From assembly GCA_964503955.1 (NCBI GenBank), contig CAZDCG010000001.1, positions 173,804-237,803 of the forward strand: DNA of 64,000 nt. The letters run 5' to 3'. The translations under genes were made by a program, and so were the position numbers. This DNA comes from an uncultured Gammaproteobacteria bacterium (lineage in GTDB: Bacteria > Patescibacteriota > Patescibacteriia > VMEV01 > CAYQCH01). Below the pieces are notes generated by a model, which was given only the letters and a program-made list of their open reading frames with translations, was not told the DNA's origin and did not search any database. Positions 27,282 through 37,063 of the stretch are shown piece by piece. Each line of letters starts with the position of its first letter. The first letter of the stretch is position 1.

Positions 27282-28826
27282 TTAGAGTACCCGCAAGATC
27301 AGAGCAAGCAGAATCATAAGCGCGCACCACGCGGCCGTCTTCCAACCGGAAAACAAAATTCGTTTCAGCCGGTCTGCGGGCCTATTATCAAGCTGCTGTT
27401 CACCTGGCAGCGAACAGCGCAAATCCACCGGATCGAAAATACTTGGATCGATTTGTTCCCCATTCACCATCTGCGAAATACGGAAACTGCCATAAACGGA
27501 AGGAAGAATGCCCACCCCATTGCATCCCAGATTATACATCAAAACCGGGTTGCAGCTCTCCGGTCCAACGCAGCGTATCCCATTTGGCGTATATCCCATC
27601 AGACCATGCCATAAATGCGTAAACCGCAATGTTTTTCCCGCATGGCGATAGGTTTTTGCCACAAATTTTTCGATCATTTTCTTCGCCTCTTCAGGATAGG
27701 GATGCTCGCGGCGATACCCGGTACTGTCATCCATATGCGATTCGGGTCCGCCAATACAGACAAGCCCTTTCTCCGGCGAAGCTGTAGGTCTGCGCGTTAA
27801 ATAGTAATAGGGTTCGCTGTCATAAGCGCCGGTCATATCGGAAAGATGCGTGGGAAGGTAGCTGATCGCCGTTGGCGCCATTTGCGGCGTCTCTTCAAAT
27901 GCGGCCATGTAGCCGATAGATCCGCGTACCAGATGATGGAATTTTACGTCGATATTGGCACCGGCATGATTCTGAATGGTGAAATTCTCAAATCCGTTGG
28001 TGCACAGCACGATTCTCTTGGCCCTGGCCCGCAACGATGCCGCTTCAAGAATTCCATAACGTTTATAGAGAGCGATCTTGTTCACATGCGTATGCTCCGT
28101 GAGCATGAGCCGGCCGGAATACCGTTCAAGCAGTTTGCGCACGACTTCTTCTGAGAATTTCGCGCTATTCATGCACCCTTTCCTTGAAGAAAGCGCTGCG
28201 ATGTAATGCTTGTCCTTTGTCTGCAGCACATCCATCAATGACTTGCTTGAAATAACCGTATAAAACCGCTTATACGAAGCCGGGATAGCTGCTTTTTTGA
28301 TAAAAGCATCGGAAACATAAATCATTTCCGGCCTCCCGCCAGCGCTCGCCTTTTTCTTTTTCTCTTTAAGACGGTCAAGCAATTCTTCTTTGTCGACAAT
28401 GCCTGCATAGCCGTTAAAGACATGGCACTCCGTTTCAAGCCGCAAATCAGCGCGGATATCAGCCAGCAAATCCCAGGAGGATTTTACAAGCTCTTCCCCC
28501 TCAACCGCCATTTTCAACCCGAATTCGCTGACGATTTCTGCAAACGGCTTTTCAAAATAGCTTGCGATCTGCCCGGCATTATGCCCCGTGGCGCCATGTG
28601 CCACGCGACCGGATTCAACCAGCAGGATGTTTTTGTTCGTCCGTGTGAGCAAAAAGTAGGCGGTTGTTACTCCCGCGATCCCCGCGCCGATAACGGCAAC
28701 ATCGCAATGATGGCTGCCAAATAGCTGCCGCTTTGCCCGCTTGCGGTCAAGCTGTTCTAGCCATGGAGATTGTGTTTTTGTCTTCTGCATGAAAACAGTA
28801 TAGCAAATACTGATCTTTGCTATCAC
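27282..28826 (-). CDS. FAD-dependent oxidoreductase (DAO family) with C-terminal transmembrane anchor
   Basis: It has DVAVIGAGIAGVTTAY (GxGxxG Rossmann motif) and a C-terminal hydrophobic helix (TAAWCALMILLALILRVL). Confidence 0.8.
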   Translation of the reverse strand: MIAKISICYTVFMQKTKTQSPWLEQLDRKRAKRQLFGSHHCDVAVIGAGIAGVTTAYFLLTRTNKNILLVESGRVAHGATGHNAGQIASYFEKPFAEIVSEFGLKMAVEGEELVKSSWDLLADIRADLRLETECHVFNGYAGIVDKEELLDRLKEKKKKASAGGRPEMIYVSDAFIKKAAIPASYKRFYTVISSKSLMDVLQTKDKHYIAALSSRKGCMNSAKFSEEVVRKLLERYSGRLMLTEHTHVNKIALYKRYGILEAASLRARAKRIVLCTNGFENFTIQNHAGANIDVKFHHLVRGSIGYMAAFEETPQMAPTAISYLPTHLSDMTGAYDSEPYYYLTRRPTASPEKGLVCIGGPESHMDDSTGYRREHPYPEEAKKMIEKFVAKTYRHAGKTLRFTHLWHGLMGYTPNGIRCVGPESCNPVLMYNLGCNGVGILPSVYGSFRISQMVNGEQIDPSIFDPVDLRCSLPGEQQLDNRPADRLKRILFSGWKTAAWCALMILLALILRVL

Positions 28827-28865
28827 TCACTTCCCCTCTGCTTGGCAAAAACAACAGCAATGACG

Positions 28866-28900
28866 GCCGCTTGACATATATCCGTAACGGATACATGATC
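28866..28900 (+). promoter_or_regulatory. putative promoter with embedded palindrome ATCCGT-A-ACGGAT (candidate PadR operator)
   Basis: cTTGACAtatatccgtaacggatacatgat. The -35 box is TTGACA and the palindrome lies in the spacer. It is directly upstream of padR. Confidence 0.35.
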
Positions 28901-28907
28901 CTTTCAT

Positions 28908-29267
28908 ATGAAACCACCATCAAGTTCGCCTCTCACGCCCGCCGTGCTGCACATTCTGCTTGCACTTTCCACGCAGGAGCGCCATGGCTATGGAATCATG
29001 AAACAGACCGAGATTGATTCTCAAGGCAAAGTAAAGATGGGACCCGGCACACTCTATGGATCTCTTGGACGCATGATCGAGGCCGGCTTGATCAGCGAAA
29101 GCGGAAAAAAACGTGATCCTGACATGGACGACGAACGTCGCGTCTACTACAGAATCACCGCGCTTGGCCAGCAGGCGCTCAATGCGGAGCTTGACCGCTA
29201 TCGCAGAGTAGTCGCCGTTGCTAAACAAAAGCGTCTTTCACCAAAATCTCTGGCCTATGCAGCATAG
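28908..29267 (+). CDS. PadR family transcriptional regulator
   Basis: The 119-aa winged-helix protein carries ERHGYGIMKQ...GPGTLYGSLGRMIEAGLI. Confidence 0.85.
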   Translation: MKPPSSSPLTPAVLHILLALSTQERHGYGIMKQTEIDSQGKVKMGPGTLYGSLGRMIEAGLISESGKKRDPDMDDERRVYYRITALGQQALNAELDRYRRVVAVAKQKRLSPKSLAYAA

Positions 29268-30021
29268 CAGGACCAAACGTTACCGCCGCTGGTACGCACA
29301 GCTGCTGCTCTTTTACGCAAAACCATTTCATGACCGATTTGGCGAGGAGATGGAACAAACATTCGCCGACCTGCTTCACGAGCGGGAACAAACACGCAAG
29401 CCATTACTGCCTTACGCGCTCTGGTTATACATGGAAACAAGCTTGAGCATTATTAAAGAAGACTTAACTCGAACCTTTATGAAACAGAAACGTATCTTGG
29501 CCGTCGCGTTCGTGACGGCACTCATTCTCCTTATACCGCTGATTGCCATGCAGTTCAGTGATAATGTCGTTTGGACACTCTCTGATTTCATCTTCGCGGG
29601 CGTTCTGCTCTTTGGCACGGGACTGGCTTACGAACTGATCTCAAGCAAAGGTGGCACATCCGCCTATCGCGCGGCCGTTGCCATGGCTTGCGTGTCAACC
29701 TTTCTGCTCATTTGGATCAACGCGGCTGTCGGCATTATTGGCGACGGACCGGTCAACATTCTTTACGCAGCCATTCCATTGGTGCTACTGGTTGGATCCG
29801 TCTTCTCGCTTCTGAAGGCAAAAGGGATGGCGATCACCCTTTTTGCGACCGCCATCACTCAAATGCTCATTCCCGTCATCGCGCTGCTCTTTTGGGATAC
29901 TTCAGAAATTTCATGGTCGCCAGGAGTAGCGGGCGTATTCCTGATTAACGCATTCTTTGCGGCACTCTACGCAGGATCGGGGTGGCTGTTTCTCCAGTCA
30001 GACGCGACAAGAAAACAGTAA
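29257..30021 (+). CDS. membrane protein co-transcribed with PadR
   Basis: It overlaps the padR stop and has 5-6 transmembrane helices. Confidence 0.55.
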   Translation: MQHSRTKRYRRWYAQLLLFYAKPFHDRFGEEMEQTFADLLHEREQTRKPLLPYALWLYMETSLSIIKEDLTRTFMKQKRILAVAFVTALILLIPLIAMQFSDNVVWTLSDFIFAGVLLFGTGLAYELISSKGGTSAYRAAVAMACVSTFLLIWINAAVGIIGDGPVNILYAAIPLVLLVGSVFSLLKAKGMAITLFATAITQMLIPVIALLFWDTSEISWSPGVAGVFLINAFFAALYAGSGWLFLQSDATRKQ

Positions 30022-30026
30022 CGAAA

Positions 30027-30055
30027 AAGCGCCCTCGGGCGCTTTTTTTCTCAGA
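30027..30055. terminator. bidirectional Rho-independent terminator
   Basis: aaaaagcgccc tc gggcgc ttttttt. Confidence 0.7.
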
Positions 30056-30061
30056 AGATTT

Positions 30062-31438
30062 CTAGGCGCTTGCGGTTGCCTCGGCTTGGACCAAGCTCGG
30101 TTTTTGCGTCCTGCTCTTCCAGCTGTAACCAGCTGCAGCCAGGACAACGTTGCCAATGGCGATCGCCCACCAGATCGGCTGGATATTGCCCGGGAAATAG
30201 CGCACGGCAAGATAGGCAAGCGGGATAGAAAGCACGAAGAACTTCAGGAAGAATAACCAGAAGCCGGGCCATGAGCGGCCAATGGCCTGAAAGGAGCTGG
30301 CCACAATCATGCCAACAGCCAAGCATCCATAGGTAACAGCCACAATGAACAGATATTGCGTTGCGTAGGCAATCACCGTCGGATCAGCCGTGAAAGCACC
30401 GATGATATATCTGCCAAGCACAACCATCAGCAAGCCAAGCCCCGTCGCCGATAGAAATCCGACAAGGACCGCTTTCTTGAAAACTTCATCGGCACGCTGC
30501 ATATTGCCCGCGCCCATGCTCTGGCTCATCATGGCCATCGCCGCCATCCCGAAACCGGCCGCTGGAAGATACGCGAAAAATTCCAAACGGAAAACCAAGC
30601 TGAACGCGGTCGCACCAGCCTCAAGGAATGTTCGTGAAACTAAAGAGACAAGCACCGCCAACCCCACCGGATTGATCACCTGGGTAAGCGAAGCGGGAAT
30701 GCCAATCCGTAAAACCTCTCTGGCTGACTGCCAGCGGATCCCCACATAACGCCAGTTAAAACGCGTTCTGCGCGAAGGGCGAGACAGCACGTACAGCCCC
30801 GACGCCACAAAAACCGCCTGTGAGATGAGTGTGGCATAGGCGGCTCCGGCAATGCCCAATGCCGGGATAAAGCCGTATCCAAAAATCATGAGCGGATCAA
30901 GCACGATATTGATGAAGGTTGAAACCGCGAAGAGCTTTGTCAGCGTGAAGGTATCTCCTTCCGCGTTGAACGCAAACATCACGTTCATGAGAAGAAAGAA
31001 TAGAATGGAACCGCCCGCCGTAATGGAGAAATAAACCTTCGCCGGATCGTAAATCGCCCCGACAGCTCCGGAAAGCGTTAGCAATGAGTGCTGGAAAACG
31101 AAACAAATCGTGGTGAAGAAAAGTGAGGCAACCCCCGCGAGCGCGAATGACTGAGCCAGCGTTCGTTCTGCCCCAAGATCGTCTTTCGCGCCGATGCGCA
31201 TAGCCATCACCACACCCGAACCTACGGCAATTCCCATGCTCAACGAAATCATGATGAACAGCACGATTTGAGATATGCTGACCGCGGCAATAGACTCCAC
31301 GGAAAGTTTCCCTACCCAGAAGGTATCGACAATTCCGTAGAGCGTGTAGAAGAACATGGACAGCATCATCGGCCAAGCCAAGGACCAAAGTTGCGAAAAA
31401 ATAGGACCCTTGGTGAGGTCTTTTTCCGAATGCGACAT
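30062..31438 (-). CDS. MATE family efflux transporter
   Basis: The 458-aa ORF has 12 transmembrane helices and the N-terminal LWSLAWPMMLSMFFYTLYGIVDTFWVGKL signature of NorM/DinF-type pumps. Confidence 0.85.
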   Translation of the reverse strand: MSHSEKDLTKGPIFSQLWSLAWPMMLSMFFYTLYGIVDTFWVGKLSVESIAAVSISQIVLFIMISLSMGIAVGSGVVMAMRIGAKDDLGAERTLAQSFALAGVASLFFTTICFVFQHSLLTLSGAVGAIYDPAKVYFSITAGGSILFFLLMNVMFAFNAEGDTFTLTKLFAVSTFINIVLDPLMIFGYGFIPALGIAGAAYATLISQAVFVASGLYVLSRPSRRTRFNWRYVGIRWQSAREVLRIGIPASLTQVINPVGLAVLVSLVSRTFLEAGATAFSLVFRLEFFAYLPAAGFGMAAMAMMSQSMGAGNMQRADEVFKKAVLVGFLSATGLGLLMVVLGRYIIGAFTADPTVIAYATQYLFIVAVTYGCLAVGMIVASSFQAIGRSWPGFWLFFLKFFVLSIPLAYLAVRYFPGNIQPIWWAIAIGNVVLAAAGYSWKSRTQKPSLVQAEATASA

Positions 31439-31519
31439 ACAGTTTGATTGTTGGACAATTAGATCACCAAAGTATACAGAAACTTAGGAGAATGTACAGA
31501 GTCACCCTTCTAACAAACA

Positions 31520-31552
31520 AAAACACCGCTCAGATGAACGGTGCTTTGTGAA
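31520..31552 (-). terminator. Rho-independent terminator after the DUF1428 gene
   Basis: The minus-strand hairpin is caccgttcatctgagcggtg, followed by TTTTTG. Confidence 0.5.
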
Positions 31553-31559
31553 CTTGCTA

Positions 31560-31949
31560 TTACGATCCAACGACGACCTTAAATCCACCGTAAGCCATTT
31601 TCTTCAAATCAAACGGCATATCCTTCATATGATCAGGGTGCTCTTTGGCATACTCCTCCATTTCTTTGTGCACCTTTTTATTTACTTGATTTCGATGCGT
31701 TTTGTTCTTGTATTCAATATATGAAAAGAAAACAACTTCATCTTTTTTTAAGTTGACGAGTTTCGGAAACTGTAACACTTCATAGCCTCCCATATTGGGA
31801 GTAAGATCATCTCCGACACATTCGCGATACGCAAGGGCTCCATGCTTCATCCATGCTTTGGCTCCTTCTCTGGCAGCTTCTTTATATTTTGCGAGGTTCT
31901 TTTTTTTGATGACCAGAACGTATGCGTCGATGTAGGTTGTTTTTTTCAT
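31560..31949 (-). CDS. DUF1428 domain protein
   Basis: The 129-aa ORF begins YIDAYVLVIKKKNLAKYKEAAREGAKAWMKHGAL, the DUF1428 signature. Confidence 0.8.
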   Translation of the reverse strand: MKKTTYIDAYVLVIKKKNLAKYKEAAREGAKAWMKHGALAYRECVGDDLTPNMGGYEVLQFPKLVNLKKDEVVFFSYIEYKNKTHRNQVNKKVHKEMEEYAKEHPDHMKDMPFDLKKMAYGGFKVVVGS

Positions 31950-32010
31950 AGTAATGGATGAATAAATCTATCTATTAAATAGCACTGATTTGATGCCGCT
32001 CAAGGAACCA

Positions 32011-35000
32011 TTAAGGCACGATTATTACCGGCTCCCCTATTTTATACTCTTTGAAAAAAACCGGGTTCAAATCTGAAACAAAAGTTGTCCAATATCTGCC
32101 ATAGAGTGCTGAGGCTAATGTCTCATCTGGAACCAGGTGTAAAACGCCTCCTTTTCCGACAACGTAAACATCTGCAGACGCCATTGTTTTAAGCATTTTT
32201 TTCCCCGGCCGGTAGGTCACCATTCCACCCGAATCAATACGCGAAAGACGTTCTTGAGAAACAACCTGTATACCCGCGAAATCTTCATACCAGCTATAAT
32301 AGGTTCCTTCATCCGGAAAGTAGTATTTTTTTCGATCAACGCCACAGTAATAAACAGTTTTATCATCCTCGGCTTTGAGAAGCGTTTCCGGCTCGCATCC
32401 TCCCGTCCCTGCAACCATCAGATCTTTATCAAGACTGATCGTCGGTGCTGAGGCAAGGGCTTGACCCACGTCATACGAAAGTTGATGCGAACCATCTTGT
32501 GTTTCCGACGGCTCCGGAGGAGAAGGCACCCCCGACGGCTGTTCCGAAATCTGAGAAGAGCCGAGATCATCAATAACAACGCGGCAGGTTTTCACTTCTT
32601 CCTGATCCAAATAAATGATTCCTTCTTCCGTACACCCCTCGGAGAAGTACTGCGCATAGGAAGGATCTTTTGTCGCGGTGATGACATACATTCCCGCAGG
32701 ATACCTGTATGCGGTATCAGCTTCAATCGCACTTCCATTGATGAAGAGCGAGAAACTATCCTGTGATTTTGTTCCTTCATTATCATTGATGATTTCTTTT
32801 GTTGCCATGATTGTTCCTCCGCGGGTTCTGGATTCTTCCAAACCATAGCCAATCGAAACGGATGAGATCGTTGGAGTATGCCCCCTATCATCCGTTTGCA
32901 ATGTTATTTTATACTGGAAAACCTGAGCATCTTTCCCCGATTTCATCTGAGCAGGAATGCTTTCCGGCAAACAGGTAACAGTATCGTTTGATTTTTGGCA
33001 ATTAGCTGTCGCATTGGTGAAATCAGCCCACGGACCAACAAGTTCCGCAACGCTTGGAGCCGCACGTAAAGAAAGCGTCACGCCGGTGCCGGCTGGCAAA
33101 GTTTCATCCTCCTGCCAGGAGATACCACCAACCAGATTTCCTGCATTGAAGGAGTTAAAGATCGATGATTCCAAAGTGCCCGACGGTTGATACGCGGTAT
33201 ATGCGATTGTCAGATCATGCAGTCTCGGCGTCCGTTCCGAATTGGAAGAAGCAAACAAAGCTCGATATTGCACGTAACGCGCAACCGGAGAAGCCATTGG
33301 AGCACCAGATGGATCAGACATTTCATCACTCCATTCCGACCACGCATTGTCCGGCTCTGGTGTACTGCCTGTGCGTGTGGCAACCGTCAAGGACGTACCG
33401 GCAGGCACAGTTTGCGTCCAAGCTAAATCACCAAAGCCAAGTACGCCGGAAGTGTCTATGACCGCGGAGGTAAAGGTGCCGGAGGGAGCGTAATCAACCT
33501 GATTAATCGTGTACTCCCAAAAATTATCCGACTTATTACCCTGAACAACATACAAAACGTTTCCATCATCGCTCAGAACCATATTACCTCCTGCATCCAC
33601 GCGCCCAGGAACACCGGCAAATGTGGACCAGCTATTAGTAGAAATTGTGTATTGATATATCGCGGAGCGCTGATACCCTTGCAGAAGCAGAATTTCATCT
33701 GCGGAACGGCCAAACATCATGGACGACCCCGAACTCACTTCGCCAGGAACGTCAGGGAGACTCACCCAGGTATTGTCTGTGATAGAATATCGGTAAAAAC
33801 CTCTTTGCCGGTCGCCTCGTACAACATAGATATCATTGCTGGCCCCGTTTCGAATCGCGCGGCCGCCTAGACTTATTAGACCTGGTGCCGGCGCGAGAGT
33901 TATCCATTCATTCGTTGATATTGTGTACTTATAAAAGTCCCCTGTGGCCTTACCGCGCACGACATAGATTTCATTGTCAGAAGCATAGCGCAGCATTGCC
34001 CCCCCCGAATCAACCGTTCCTGGCACATCCGCCAAGGACTCCCATTCGTTTGCAGCGATCGAGTACCGATAAAAACCAGAGCTCTTATTGCCCCGCAGCG
34101 CATAGATGTAATCATCGCTTCCATTACGAATCAGGAAGCTTCCGTTCCAGGCAGCCGCAGGAATCGGCGCAAGGGTTGTCCAGCTGTCATTTGTGATTGA
34201 ATACCGGTAAAACCCCGTTGTATTTGATTCACGCAGCAGATAAATATAGTCATCATCACTATTGCGGATTATGGAATCTCCAGCTGTAATGTTGGACGGG
34301 AGGCTGGCAAGAGATGCCCAAGATTTGTTCGCAATGTCATATTTGTAAAATGACGTTGTGCTGTCACCTCTTACAAGGTACATCAACTCTGACGATGGAT
34401 CATATAACAGCCGCGCACCAACTCCGATGCCCCCCTGGGTTTTCACGGTACTTTGCATGCTTAACCATTCCCCTTGCGAGACAGAGTACACATGGACTGC
34501 ATTTGTGCTCCCGCCGGGTACGACATAAATCTTATCCTCCGATGGATGATGCAGCATATATCCGCCAGTACTTACCCTGGTCGGCACAGAAGACAGCGTG
34601 GTCCACGTATTGTTGGTAATGGAATAACGCCGAAAATGCTCCGAAAATCCTCCCGCGGCAAGGTAAATATTGTCTCCATTCAACCGTAATGTGCTCCCCT
34701 CTCTTACGTAAGCCGTAGATGCAAGCGGAGTCCAGCTATCCCCTGATATGGAGTAACGTGAAAATGATGAACTTCCTCCATGAATGACATAAACACTGTC
34801 GTCATCACCGTTACGCAACATAAACGATCCTGTCGATGCCGACACCGATAAAGACGCCAGAGTTGCCCAACTATTTTCAGAAATGGAGTATCGATAAAAT
34901 GAAGTGGTTCCGCCCTTAAGCACGTAAATAAAATCCTCATTCGTATTGTGGAGCATAAACATGCTGGCAGTAATAAATGCGGGTGCATTTGCTAATGTTG

Positions 35001-35829
35001 TCCACGAATTTTCTGAGATGGAATACCGATAAAAGCTGGTTGTATTCCCCGCGGCCAAAGCATAGATATACCCTCCTTCGCCAAGGACCATGTTATTTGA
35101 TGTCGTCCCGAAATTTCCCGGCGCGGAGGCAAGCGTCGTCCAATTGTTGCTTGAAATAGAATATACATAAAGCGCCGCCGTGCCGCTGCCACCAAGCGCG
35201 TATATCAGATCGCTGGTTCCATCTCTAACCAGTGCGCGGTTTGTAATTATTCCGGGAGAACTGGCAAGAGGCGTCCATGTGCCATCGGTAACCGAATATC
35301 TGAAAAAATCCGTACTTCCATCTCCCCTAGCTACATAAACAACGTTTTCTCCATCCGCTCGATGGTAAGCAGCTCCTGTACCGACGGTTCCGGGCACCGG
35401 CTCAGTATCTGTATTAAAACTGTTAACGGGGGTAAAGGTTGCGCTTAAGACCACGTCTGTATCTTCACCGATCTCAGCAAGCATAACCTGTTCGGCCGTA
35501 CCGTTTCCAAACCCTCCACCAGCCGCCAATCCGTCGGAAGCAGGATCCTCATCGTCGGTGAAATAGAATTCTTCTGAAGCGATGCGTATCTCACCTGGTG
35601 CGTCATTAGATGTAAGATTGACCATGGCTGAGTACTTGTTCCATCCGTCCTGGTCATCCGGGTGTACGGCTTCAGCTCCATCGTCAAAACCACCGGACCA
35701 ATCTGTTTGTGTCCACAAAAACGCAGCCCCCAAAGAAACCGTCCCCTGATTAAGAACATGCGCCCCCACAACAAGTATGCAGGAGATAATCGCAGTGACA
35801 GACAGAAACCAGGCGGTTTTTTCATTCAT
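32011..35829 (-). CDS. large secreted protein with about 14 tandem Kelch-like beta-propeller repeats and a C-terminal region of about 450 aa
   Basis: The 1272-aa ORF has an N-terminal signal/transmembrane segment. About 14 repeats of roughly 46 aa follow, each with the pattern FYRYSI(S/T)xNxWTTLAxxPGxxxxGxxMxxxxxDxIYVxxG. Confidence 0.8.
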   Translation of the reverse strand: MNEKTAWFLSVTAIISCILVVGAHVLNQGTVSLGAAFLWTQTDWSGGFDDGAEAVHPDDQDGWNKYSAMVNLTSNDAPGEIRIASEEFYFTDDEDPASDGLAAGGGFGNGTAEQVMLAEIGEDTDVVLSATFTPVNSFNTDTEPVPGTVGTGAAYHRADGENVVYVARGDGSTDFFRYSVTDGTWTPLASSPGIITNRALVRDGTSDLIYALGGSGTAALYVYSISSNNWTTLASAPGNFGTTSNNMVLGEGGYIYALAAGNTTSFYRYSISENSWTTLANAPAFITASMFMLHNTNEDFIYVLKGGTTSFYRYSISENSWATLASLSVSASTGSFMLRNGDDDSVYVIHGGSSSFSRYSISGDSWTPLASTAYVREGSTLRLNGDNIYLAAGGFSEHFRRYSITNNTWTTLSSVPTRVSTGGYMLHHPSEDKIYVVPGGSTNAVHVYSVSQGEWLSMQSTVKTQGGIGVGARLLYDPSSELMYLVRGDSTTSFYKYDIANKSWASLASLPSNITAGDSIIRNSDDDYIYLLRESNTTGFYRYSITNDSWTTLAPIPAAAWNGSFLIRNGSDDYIYALRGNKSSGFYRYSIAANEWESLADVPGTVDSGGAMLRYASDNEIYVVRGKATGDFYKYTISTNEWITLAPAPGLISLGGRAIRNGASNDIYVVRGDRQRGFYRYSITDNTWVSLPDVPGEVSSGSSMMFGRSADEILLLQGYQRSAIYQYTISTNSWSTFAGVPGRVDAGGNMVLSDDGNVLYVVQGNKSDNFWEYTINQVDYAPSGTFTSAVIDTSGVLGFGDLAWTQTVPAGTSLTVATRTGSTPEPDNAWSEWSDEMSDPSGAPMASPVARYVQYRALFASSNSERTPRLHDLTIAYTAYQPSGTLESSIFNSFNAGNLVGGISWQEDETLPAGTGVTLSLRAAPSVAELVGPWADFTNATANCQKSNDTVTCLPESIPAQMKSGKDAQVFQYKITLQTDDRGHTPTISSVSIGYGLEESRTRGGTIMATKEIINDNEGTKSQDSFSLFINGSAIEADTAYRYPAGMYVITATKDPSYAQYFSEGCTEEGIIYLDQEEVKTCRVVIDDLGSSQISEQPSGVPSPPEPSETQDGSHQLSYDVGQALASAPTISLDKDLMVAGTGGCEPETLLKAEDDKTVYYCGVDRKKYYFPDEGTYYSWYEDFAGIQVVSQERLSRIDSGGMVTYRPGKKMLKTMASADVYVVGKGGVLHLVPDETLASALYGRYWTTFVSDLNPVFFKEYKIGEPVIIVP

Positions 35830-35842
35830 AGGATGAGGAGGA

Positions 35843-36580
35843 TTAACGCAGCCCCTTTTTCGTAACCTTGGCTCGCTTCCCGGCAGATCGTCGTTTTTTT
35901 ACACTGCCTTCTGTTCTTTCTCTCAATCGAAACTCTTCCATTTTTTCGATGAACCCCTCAAGCTCTTTCATCCGATCTTCAAGACGCTGCCGCGCGGTTT
36001 CTTGTTCCGTAACATCGGCGGATAAAATCATAAGTCCCTCCTCGACAGGCTCAATCTTTAACCTGAACCAACCCAATGTCCCATCAGGGAACCTGAATTC
36101 ATTCAGCATTTCTGATCTTTGTTTGCGCTTCATGCAGCGCTGTAATTCTCTAAAAAGCACCGTCTGCTCAATGCCAGGATATGCCTGCATCATTGTTTTG
36201 CCGAGCAATCTTTCAGGGGTCGATTTTCCCTGCCTCGCAACAACCTCGTTTACGTACAGATACTTCCAGTCTTTGCTGATAATTTGCAATCCATCGGACA
36301 TGCCGTCGATGATTTCCCTCAACCGAACATCCATTTGCTGAATCCTTTTCAGCGGCCTGAAGATCGCCCTCGCTGAAATCAGCACGCAGAGACTGCTGAG
36401 AACTAAAACAGCCGGCCATAGCCGGTCTGCCCATAAAACTTGCTGTGATTCGTACACGGTCGAGGTAACGAAGTAAAGGACACTCGACAAGAGCGTTAAC
36501 ATGCCAAGACAAACAATTGCACGCGTGAGGATTATTCTTCTCGGTGTCGAGGGCAAAGGTGATTGCTCAATATCTTTCAT
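35843..36580 (-). CDS. membrane-anchored PAS domain protein
   Basis: It has two N-terminal transmembrane helices then a PAS fold (MSDGLQIISKDWKYLYVNEVVARQGKSTPERLLGKTMMQAYPG...). There is no kinase or other output domain. Confidence 0.65.
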   Translation of the reverse strand: MKDIEQSPLPSTPRRIILTRAIVCLGMLTLLSSVLYFVTSTVYESQQVLWADRLWPAVLVLSSLCVLISARAIFRPLKRIQQMDVRLREIIDGMSDGLQIISKDWKYLYVNEVVARQGKSTPERLLGKTMMQAYPGIEQTVLFRELQRCMKRKQRSEMLNEFRFPDGTLGWFRLKIEPVEEGLMILSADVTEQETARQRLEDRMKELEGFIEKMEEFRLRERTEGSVKKRRSAGKRAKVTKKGLR

Positions 36581-36650
36581 AAAGGGTTTATTTTGTTTTT
36601 ATTTTACCAGCAAATGCTGATTCTTCAAATGAATTCGGCCTAACCAGCAC

Positions 36651-37034
36651 TTACACGAGCATAAGCTTTTTTGAAGCGGGGCGAAAATGCCACGAGAAGC
36701 CCGTCATCAGGAAAAGAACAATGGCCGGCATCGCCTCAGCAACCGTATCACCAACAGCGAAATGAGAAATAATAGCGCCAATCCAGATGAGCGCCGTACC
36801 AAAATAGCTCCATTCTTTTAAGAGCGGCTGCCTTGGAGAAAAGAGAATAACAACTGATACAAGCTTATACAGTCCGACCATGGGCATGAAATAGAGCGGA
36901 TAGCCAAGATGCGTAAAGATCTCGGTAAAAGCCTGGCCGTGCATCACTTGCTGCAATCCGCTGGCAACCATGGCAAAGCCAAGCCAGATCGTAGCGATCC
37001 AATAAATAAGAGCGTTCCTTTTTTGTGTGGTCAT
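36651..37034 (-). CDS. DoxX family membrane protein
   Basis: The 127-aa ORF has 4 transmembrane helices and begins YWIATIWLGFAMVASGLQQV. Confidence 0.8.
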   Translation of the reverse strand: MTTQKRNALIYWIATIWLGFAMVASGLQQVMHGQAFTEIFTHLGYPLYFMPMVGLYKLVSVVILFSPRQPLLKEWSYFGTALIWIGAIISHFAVGDTVAEAMPAIVLFLMTGFSWHFRPASKKLMLV

Positions 37035-37063
37035 AGAATTGAAATAAGTTTTGTTGAAAGCTT

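Noticed and set aside
34700-35200. Possibility of a diversity-generating retroelement (DGR) or variable repeat in the propeller protein
   Set aside because: There is no reverse transcriptase gene, and no template/variable repeat pair with adenine-specific mismatches. The repeats diverge at many positions, as in ordinary Kelch repeats.
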